64,000 nt of DNA from Dictyostelium discoideum (lineage: Eukaryota), in assembly GCA_000004695.1 (NCBI GenBank), contig CM000154.2:4320001-4384000 (forward strand), read 5' to 3'. Position numbers and translations under genes: made by a program. Every line of letters starts with the position of its first letter. Within the stretch, counting starts at the first letter, position 1. The notes beneath the pieces were generated by a model, which was not told the origin of the DNA, did not search any database, and saw only the letters and a list, made by a program, of their open reading frames with translations. Positions 53,204 through 64,000 of the stretch are shown one piece after another.

Positions 53204-53937
53204 TTATAAATAATTAAGTATTATTCCGATACCAATTCTCAAATATTACAGGATTAATTAATTTCAGAAATACTTCAAGTTCCTCAATAAAATTTCGAAA
53301 GGCAGCCAAAAACAAAAGATTTAAAATTATTTTTTAGATATTAATTAAATAGGTTTCAATTAAATTACATTTCTGGTAGCAGTAATAACATTTATTTTAA
53401 TAAAAAAAAAAAAAATAATAATAATTACTCATTTTATTCAATTTTAATTTATACTAATTATTATTATCATACAAGTAGTAAACAAAGGAAGAGTATTTGA
53501 TGTTTATCAAGTATGTGTTTATTTTATTTTATTTTATTTTTTTGTAAAATTTTTATTTTTCACTCGATTAAATTGAAACTAATTTCTTTTTGATCCTTTA
53601 TTATTTACAAATATTCTACTATCCATCATTTTCTCCTCTTCCTCTTTTTTTAATTCTTGTAAATTTTAATATTTGAGAATGGATAGGTATAATACTCTTT
53701 TATTTATTATTATTAATATTTATTTATTAATACAGATTTATCCAATTTACATCTAACCCAATTCACACCTAATTTTATTAAATCTGATTTCGATAGGTGA
53801 TTTAAATTTACAAGATAACACGTTTCTAATGGTTGTTCGATTATATCGTAAATAGAACTTGTGGCGGTTATTGGTTATTATTATTAGTTGTTGTTGCTTA
53901 TTAATGATATTACTATTACTTCTATTGCTATTATTAA

Positions 53938-54003
53938 TATTACTATTACTATTACTATTACTATTACTATTACTATTACTATTACTATTACTATTACTAT
54001 TAG
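53938..54003. repeat. (ATTACT)n hexanucleotide repeat, ~11 units
   Basis: Read directly in the 2.2 kb spacer between array copies. Confidence 0.9.
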
Positions 54004-55277
54004 TTGGATTTGATTTTTTTTAACTGAATCATTTAAAGTTAAAACAAATGAGCATTTATCTGGTTGTGTTGCTTTGATACAATAGTTACCTACTTATAAA
54101 TGGTTGAAATTTACCATCAATATTGCTGATTGTTGAAGGCACTTTTGGTAATGTAATTGATACATTTTATTTACAGTCACTTGATTTTATTTCAAATTTG
54201 TATGTTTAAAAAAAAAAAAAAAAAGAAAAATAAACTAATTCAATCAAATCAATCACTTTTTTGATTTTTTTTTAAAGACAAAAAGATTTATAAATTTTAT
54301 AAATTAGAGATGGTGTAATCTGAAAAAAAAAAAAAAAATGAGAAAAATAAAAAATTTATTTTTTGATTATTTTTTTATTTATTTATGTTTAACATTTAGT
54401 TGGATTCAAACCATCCTGTTAAATCAATTTTCTTTTTTTTTTTTCGGGATATTGTTAATTGAAAACTTCAAACATCCCAAATATTGTATGGCTTTTAATA
54501 TCAGAATTAATTTTTTTAATTCTTTTTGATAGCTGTTTTAGTTCTTTTTTGTTGAAAATTCAAATTTAAATTGGTGATAATATCATCAGCAATTAAATTT
54601 AAATTTTTAATTAATTCTGATTTTTTTAAAATGACTACACCAACTTTGTATGGAAGCTCATATAAAAAATTTTTATTAAATGAATATGCTGTAGAAATTT
54701 TTTTTTTTTTCTAATGAAAGATTGTTTAAATCTTATTTTGGATTGATAAAAATAGTTTTTTTTTATCTCCAAACAAAGTTAAGAGATATAATATAAATTT
54801 AAATTTAAAAGATTTATTATTATATTTACATTTTATATAATGTTATCCAACAATTGATCAACTCGTAAAATATCATAAAATGTCTATTTTTAATATAGTT
54901 TTATTATTGATGGTAAATAATAAAACTATATTAAAAAAATTAAATAATGTAAAAAAAAACATTTTAATTTTAAATGATTTAAATCCAATAAATAGTAAAG
55001 ATAGGTTATCTCAAATACCATTAATTATTGATGGTATTAAAATATTTTCAGTTGTGGATACAACATATTTAATATACAGAATTAGATGAACATGCTAGAA
55101 TAATTATTTTTATTTTTAATATTTGGATAATTTTTAATCCAACGAGAGCTAACAAATAAAATCTAAATCATTTTTAATTTATTCATACATTTGTTTTTTT
55201 TTTTTTTTTTAATTTTTTTTTTTTTTTTTAATTTTTTTTTTTTTTTCAAATTTGATTTCTAATTTATAAAATCATAT

Positions 55278-55321
<44 letters not shown>

Positions 55322-55422
55322 TTTTTAAAATCTTTTTAAATTTAAAATACTGTCACTGCATAATAACAACACATTGTACCCTTAGATAAAAAAAAATAAT
55401 AATTAATAATTCTTTTTTTAGA

Positions 55423-57665
<2,243 letters not shown>

Positions 57666-58103
57666 TAATAATAATAAATATGTCTATATCCATTCTCAAA
57701 TATTAAAATTTACAAAGAATTAAAAAAAAGAAAAAGGAAAGGAAGAAGGAGAAAATGATGAGTAGTAGAATATTTGTAAATAATAAAGGATCAAAAACAA
57801 AAAATAAATTCCATCAATTTTATCCTTAATTATTATTATATTTTTAAATTTTTTTTTTTTTTTTTTATTGAAATTATTTTTTAAATATAATCAATTTTAT
57901 ATTTTTTTTTAATTAAAATAAAAGCTAGATATTTTTTTTTAATTAAAATAAAAGCTAGATATTTTTTTTTTTTTTTTTTTTTAAATTTTTTTTTTTTTTT
58001 TTTTTTTTTTCACTCCAAATCAAAAAGTTTTGTTTAATTTTATTTTTAGTTTTTCAGATAAAAAAAAAAAAAACATAAATACTTTAATAATTCTTTTTTT
58101 AAT

Positions 58104-58823
58104 ATGATTGAAAATAAAATAGAACAGAACTGTGCACTCCACACAAATAAAAATTTAGAATTTTTATGTTTAGATTGTAAATTAATACCATGTTGTACAT
58201 TATGTATTTCTAGAGGAGGTGAACATCATCGTCATGGAATTGATTCATTAGAATCAATACAAACATCTTCAATTCTTTCAATGATGAATAGTTTTAAAGA
58301 TGTTTATCCAAAAGTAATTGAAAGAATAGAAAATGATCAACAGATATTAAAAGATTCTGATGAAATTTTCAATGAAATTCAATCACAATATAATAAAAAT
58401 AAAATCACACTAAACCAAGAATTTAAAAAAATTCATAACATACTTTCAATACTTGAATTGGATATTGAAAGACAATTAACTACAGATTTCGAAATAAATA
58501 CATTAATAAATACAACTATAACCTCTTCAATAAATAATGATATTGACAATTATAATAAAAATAAAAATAATAATTCAATCACAGATATATTAAATATTTC
58601 TATAAAAAATATACAACAATATAATGATGATGATTACTATAAAATAGATTCAAATTCAATCGAATTAATAAAACAATACCAACAATCATTACTATTATTA
58701 AATAATAACAATAATATTGATAATTTAAATAAATTAAAAGAATATAATAATCAAACCATTAAATTCGATAACCAAATAATTAATGATATTAGAAGTAATT
58801 TAAAATTAATCTATTCTTTTGAA

Positions 58824-58917
<94 letters not shown>

Positions 58918-60044
58918 CTGAAAAATTAAATATTGAAATTGATGAAAATAATTTTAAATTTATAAAGAGTATGTTGTATAAATAAATAAATAGATAAATA
59001 TATATATATAAATAAATAAATAAATATTAACAATATTGATATATTATTATAAAAATAGAACAAAATAAAAAATATTATATTTATTCAGAGAATAATGAAT
59101 TTCCAAAAAATGAAGAAAGAATTGCATTTGGAGAAGGTTGTGGTAGTTTATTAAAAGTTAATTGGAATAAGAATTTAAAGAATGTAATGTTATTAGATGG
59201 ATTTGAAGAAAGTTTAGAACCAGGTATATTACCAGATGGTATTGTACATTTAGAGATATTTGATATTAAAACAGAATTAGCAGTTGGATCAATACCATCA
59301 ACAGTTACAAGTTTAACATTTAATGATGGATTTAATCAATCAATTGAAGTTGGTATTATTCCATCAAGTGTTATTTATTTAGATTTACATGATATTAAAC
59401 AACCATTAAAGATTGGTTCAATCCCACAATCAGTACAAGATTTGAAACTTTGCAATGGATTCTCTCAACCATTAGAACCAGGTATTATTACAAATAAAAT
59501 TAAAACATTAAGTATTCATGAAATTAAAACTCAATTACAAATAGGATCAATTCCAAATAGCGTCACTCATATGGTATTTTACGATGGCTTTAACCAATTA
59601 CTTTCAGCAGGTATTATACCAGAAGGTGTTTCATGGTTATTCTTTTTTAATATAAAAATCCCATTAGTTGTTGGTTCAATTCCTCAATCAATTTATTATT
59701 TAGTTTTCAGTGATGGTTTCAATCAAACAATATCACCAGGTATAATTACTAATGGTGTGGAAATTTTATGTTTACGTGATATTAAACAACCATTAGAAGT
59801 AAATTCAATACCAAAATCTGTAACCAATCTACTTATTGATAGTGGTTTCCAACAACCATTAACACCAGGAATCATTCCAAATTCAATAAAAGAATTAGCA
59901 TTAGGAAATATAAAAACTCAATTAGTTGAAGGATCAATTCCAAAGAAAATTCAAAAAATTATTTTAGATAAAAATTTCAACCAATCCTTAGAAATTTGTG
60001 ATTTAGATAAGAGTGTAGAAATAAGAACAAATTATTTAAAGTAA
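58104..60044 (+). CDS. B-box + coiled-coil + FNIP-repeat protein, array copy (intact, ~606 aa): join(58104..58968,59089..60044)
   Basis: ~90% identical to the 55423 copy in exon 1. Same donor (AAG A | GTATGT) and acceptor (TTATTCAG | AGAATAATGAATTTCC) and the same phase. Exon 2 has 12 or more FNIP repeats and ends at the stop at 60044. Confidence 0.65.
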
Positions 60045-60154
60045 AAAAAAAAAAAAACAAAAAAAAAAAAATAGAATTCAATAAACTTTATTGAATATTA
60101 AAGATTTTTTAAATAGTATATATTGTTTATTATGTTTTATGTATGATTTAGATA

Positions 60155-60606
60155 TTAAAACCAACCAGACATAAAAGATCCTTTTTCTTTTTCTTTTTCT
60201 TTTCCATTGCCATTACCATTCTGAATTGGTGATGATGTATTACTATTATTATTTGGTGGCGAAAATAATGGTTGTGTTTGAGTTTGAGTTGTTTGAATTT
60301 GTGGTGGTTGCATTTGAATTTGTGGATTGTGACTATTTTGTTGTTGTTGTTGTTGTTGTTGCTGTAAATTTGATTTTAAATTTAATGGATCTAATAATGG
60401 TTGTGGTTGTAAATTATGTGGTGATTGAGCGCCATTACTTAATGATTCTTGTGTTATTATAAAGCTATTATGATTAATACTACTGCTACTATTACTACTA
60501 TTATTACTATTATTATTATTTGATTTTACAATTGGTGATGAATTTGATTTTATATTGCTATTTGTATTATTCGTACTATTATTATTATTATTATTTGTAT
60601 TATTAC

Positions 60607-60685
<79 letters not shown>

Positions 60686-62317
60686 TAAACCTTTTAATTG
60701 ATTTAATTCCTGAATTAATTTTAAATTATCTTTTTTTGAATCATTTAATTGATTAGAGATATCAATATATTCTTGTCTTTGAGTTAGAATTGAATCTTTG
60801 AATTTATTTTTCATTTCATCCATTGTTGTTAATGATTGTTGATAACGAGTTAACATTTGACTATATCTTTCATTTGAGAATTCAAATTTACCTTCAGATT
60901 CTTCCAATTTTCTTTTTAAATCATCGTTTTCTTCATGAAGTTGTTTCTCTAATTTCAATACTCTTTGTTTATGAGTATCTCTCTCCAAAGTGACAGTTTT
61001 TAAATCGATTTTCAATTTTTCAATGGTTGAATTCATAGAGATTGATTTCACTTCAGTTTCTGATATTTTATTGGTTAAATCTGATATTTTATTCATTAGA
61101 TCTTCTCTCTCTCTTTGAAGTGTACGAATTGTATCTCTAAGCTGTGATGGATCTCTATTCATTAAATTATCTCTTGCTGGTGTTGGTTTATTATTTGGTG
61201 TTGATGTTGATGATGATGATGTTGATGTTGTTGTTGGTCTAGTTGGGCTTGACAATATTCTACCTGATGTTGTCATTAATGTTGTACTTGCTATTGGTTT
61301 CTTTAATGGACTTGGTGTTGGTTTATTAAGTGATGATGATGATGATGATGATGATGATGTTGTTGTACTAGTAATTGGTCTATGGAGTGATGATGATGAT
61401 GTTGATGTTGTTGATGGTGTTGGTTTATGAAGTGATGATGATGTTGTTGTTGTATCTTTATGAGTATGCTCTTTACTATCAGAATGAGTTGAATAAGAAG
61501 ATAATACAGGTGATGCATCAATTGGTGATGTTTTATTTGAAGAAGGTGGAGTTGGTGATACTCTTGGTGTTAATTTATTTGAACCTAAACTACTACTACC
61601 ACCACCACCACCACCACTACTACTATTATTATTTGCAGGCATTGGTGGTTTTAATGATGATCCTGATGATGATAAACTCTTTCTATCTTTTGTTGTTGTT
61701 GTTGTTGTTGTTGTTGATGGTGTATCTGTTGATTTATTCGATGATATACTTGGTCTAGATGATGATGATGATGATGATGATGATTTTGAAGGTAATGTAT
61801 GATGATGAGAATCAGTTTTTTTCATCATTGATGCTACAGTTGGTGTTGATAATTTATCAGTTAATTTTTTAGATGATAAAGTTGATGAAGCTGAATTTGA
61901 AGTTGAAGAAGTAGAGGAAGTACCTCCTGTTGTTGATTTTCTTGGACCTGGGAATGTACTTGATAATGATGTTGATGATAATCTATCAGACATTAATGGA
62001 TTTGATTTTAATGTAGTTGAATTATTTGATGTTGATGATAAATTTGTTTTTGATTTATTGGCTGTTAAAGTTGATGGTGTTTTTTTTACAGTTGATGATG
62101 TTGTTGATGATGATGATGATGATGATGATAATGATTTAGTTTTTGATAATGTTGATGAAATTGGTGTTGTTGAAACTGGTTTGTGTGGTGTTGATGATAT
62201 TGTAGTTGTAGTTGTTGAAGATGGATGTGTAGCTGTTGATGGTTTAGTTGATTCATTTATAGATTTCTTATCACCATCATTATTACCACCATTAATTAAT
62301 GAGGTTGGGCTTGACAT
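60155..62317 (-). CDS. 720-aa Ser/Thr-rich coiled-coil protein with poly-Asn/poly-Gln and C-terminal (GN)n(KE)n tail
   Basis: Single long minus-strand ORF. N-terminal 420 aa are S/T/P-rich low complexity. Residues ~420-560 are heptad-like (LRDTIRTLQREREDLMNKISDLTNKISETE...LERDTHKQRVLKLEKQLHEENDDLKRKLEE...). Then N(30), Q-rich, ...GNGNGKEKEKEKGSFMSGWF*. The coiled-coil coding DNA at 60755-60850 is the source or homologue of the spacer-element fragment. Confidence 0.6.
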
Positions 62318-63185
62318 TTTTTTTTTTATTTAATTTTGTATTATATATATAGTTATTTGTTTATTTTTTTATTATTTTTTTATTTATTTTTTTATTTTTT
62401 ATTTGCTTATTTGCTTATTTGTTTTTTATTATTAGAAATCTAAATATCTATATTTTTCTTTTCTTTTTTTTTTTTCTTTTTTTTTTATCTAAAATTCTTA
62501 ATTCTATTGAAATACCATATATTATGAAAAATAAAAATAAAAATAAAAATAAAAAAAAGTGTGTTTATGGTAATAAAAAAAAAAACAATGGAAATTTTTT
62601 TTTTTTTTTTTTTTTTTATTTTTTTATTTGTATATTATATCTGTGTAATTATTTTATAAATTAAATTTTTTTTTTTTTTTGAATTTTTGTTTTTGAATTT
62701 TTTATAATTTTTTTTTTTTTGAAAGTGTGTGAAAATAAAAAAAATATTTAAAAATTTAAAAAAAAAAAAAAGAAAAAAAAAAAAAGATTTTTATTAATTT
62801 AATACTACTCTTTAGGTGTGTTTAGTTAAAATTAAATTGGAATTACCTCAAGATCAGAATTTACTAAAACCTTCCCACTTGTATATATTTGGAACTAAAG
62901 AAAAGAAAAAAAAAAAAAAAGGAAATTCCATATCATACAAATGAAATATTAAAAGTAGCCCAAAGAAGAAAAGTAGTCGAGACCCAAAGCAGAATTCACA
63001 AAATCTTATCAAAAATTAAAAGAATTCAAAACCAAGAACAAGTATAAGAAATTGAATTTCATTCCCCCATCTTTATCTTATATTTGTTTTTAGATCTTTA
63101 ATTTTTTTAATTTCAGATGAGATTTCTTGTGAATTCTCTATGGTATCGGGCCTAAAATAAATAAATAAATAAATTATTAAATAAA

Positions 63186-63195
63186 AAATAACAAA

Positions 63196-63262
<67 letters not shown>
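63186..63262. repeat. (AAAT)n tetranucleotide repeat, ~19 units
   Basis: Read directly. Confidence 0.9.
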
Positions 63263-63354
63263 AAATAACAATTAATTTTTAAACTTTATGTTTTATTGTG
63301 TTATTACTTTTTTTCATTTAATTAAAAAATTGGATTATTATTATTTTTTAAAAT

Positions 63355-64000
63355 TTATTTATAATTTTGATTTAAATAAGAACCATTTATATGTCTATCT
63401 TTAATTTCAGATATTGGAGTTTTTTGATATAAGAAACCAGAATTTGATTTCTTACTACTACTACTACCACTACTATTACCACTATTATTATTATCAATTA
63501 ATGGTTGTAATTCTTTAATTAAACCTGATAAAGAAGATGAAGTATGACCATGACATTGAAATATTCTTTGATTATAATTACCAATTTTAACTCGAATTGT
63601 AAAATCAATAAAGTTGGATGGATTATTATTATCATTATTATTATTATTATTATTTTTATTCGATGAACTACTTGTTGGAGCTTTCATTTTTAAAAATAAT
63701 TGATTAATATTATTTGGATCAATGAATATAAGATAACCAATTTTTGACATTAAAGTTATCATTGAACTACTTAAAATCAAATCTTTCTTTAAACAATAAC
63801 CATATAAACCTGGTATATCACAAAATATTTGAATACTTCTAAATAAACTTGAAGAAATCAAAGGTGAAAAAAATGTACAAAATCTTGAGAATTCGATAAC
63901 TGAAACTTCATCCCTTTTTTCATCAATTACCTTTAATATATATCTAATATAATCAAATATATATTCATAATATGCATTATAATTCCTATTTCTATTATTA
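63355..64000 (-). CDS. hypothetical protein, 3' part of a gene whose 5' end lies beyond the window
   Basis: The minus-strand ORF is open from the window edge to the stop at 63355 (...YEYIFDYIRYILKVIDEKRDEVSVIEFSRFCTFFSPLISSSLFRSIQIFCDIPG...KTPISEIKDRHINGSYLNQNYK*). The M shown in the ORF track is a TTG. The true frame continues upstream. Confidence 0.45.
   Translation of the reverse strand, partial: NNRNRNYNAYYEYIFDYIRYILKVIDEKRDEVSVIEFSRFCTFFSPLISSSLFRSIQIFCDIPGLYGYCLKKDLILSSSMITLMSKIGYLIFIDPNNINQLFLKMKAPTSSSSNKNNNNNNNDNNNPSNFIDFTIRVKIGNYNQRIFQCHGHTSSSLSGLIKELQPLIDNNNSGNSSGSSSSKKSNSGFLYQKTPISEIKDRHINGSYLNQNYK

Overview
This window is AT-rich eukaryotic nuclear DNA (roughly 75-80% A+T by eye) that looks like a dictyostelid social-amoeba genome (Dictyostelium discoideum-like). 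The signs are long homopolymer A/T intergenic tracts, (AAT)n/(CAA)n runs inside ORFs that encode poly-Asn, poly-Gln and poly-Thr, and short introns of 80-180 nt with GTAAGT/GTATGT/GTAAAT donors and T-rich ...AG acceptors. The supplied ORF track was built with bacterial rules: GTG/TTG starts and no introns. I therefore re-modelled several genes by hand and found three genes it missed. Two are two-exon mini-genes on the minus strand, and one is an ADF-H (coactosin-like) gene split by an intron. I count about 24 protein-coding genes. They include a TFIIIC B-block-binding large-subunit homologue, ADF-H/coactosin-like, CBS-pair, TBC/RabGAP+B-box, C2-domain and PAQR/hemolysin-III proteins, a divergent mitochondrial-carrier-like protein, a twin-Cx9C mini-protein, a protein with four NTF2/SnoaL-like repeats, and a pair of ~850-aa tandem paralogs. 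There are also many microsatellites. The most unusual structure is a ~22 kb tandem array (38.1-60.0 kb) of genes encoding an N-terminal B-box zinc finger, a coiled-coil/poly-Asn region and C-terminal FNIP repeats, each gene built as exon 1, a ~110-125 nt intron and exon 2. Four copies are intact and at least five are decayed (frameshifted, truncated or chimeric). Between them lie conserved ~350 bp spacer elements that carry a ~100 bp fragment homologous to the coding sequence of the neighbouring coiled-coil gene at 60155-62317. The array also holds a GC-richer, stop-interrupted coding relic on the minus strand (41.3-42.2 kb). I found no tRNA, rRNA or CRISPR features. All functional calls come from motif recognition by eye, without database searches.
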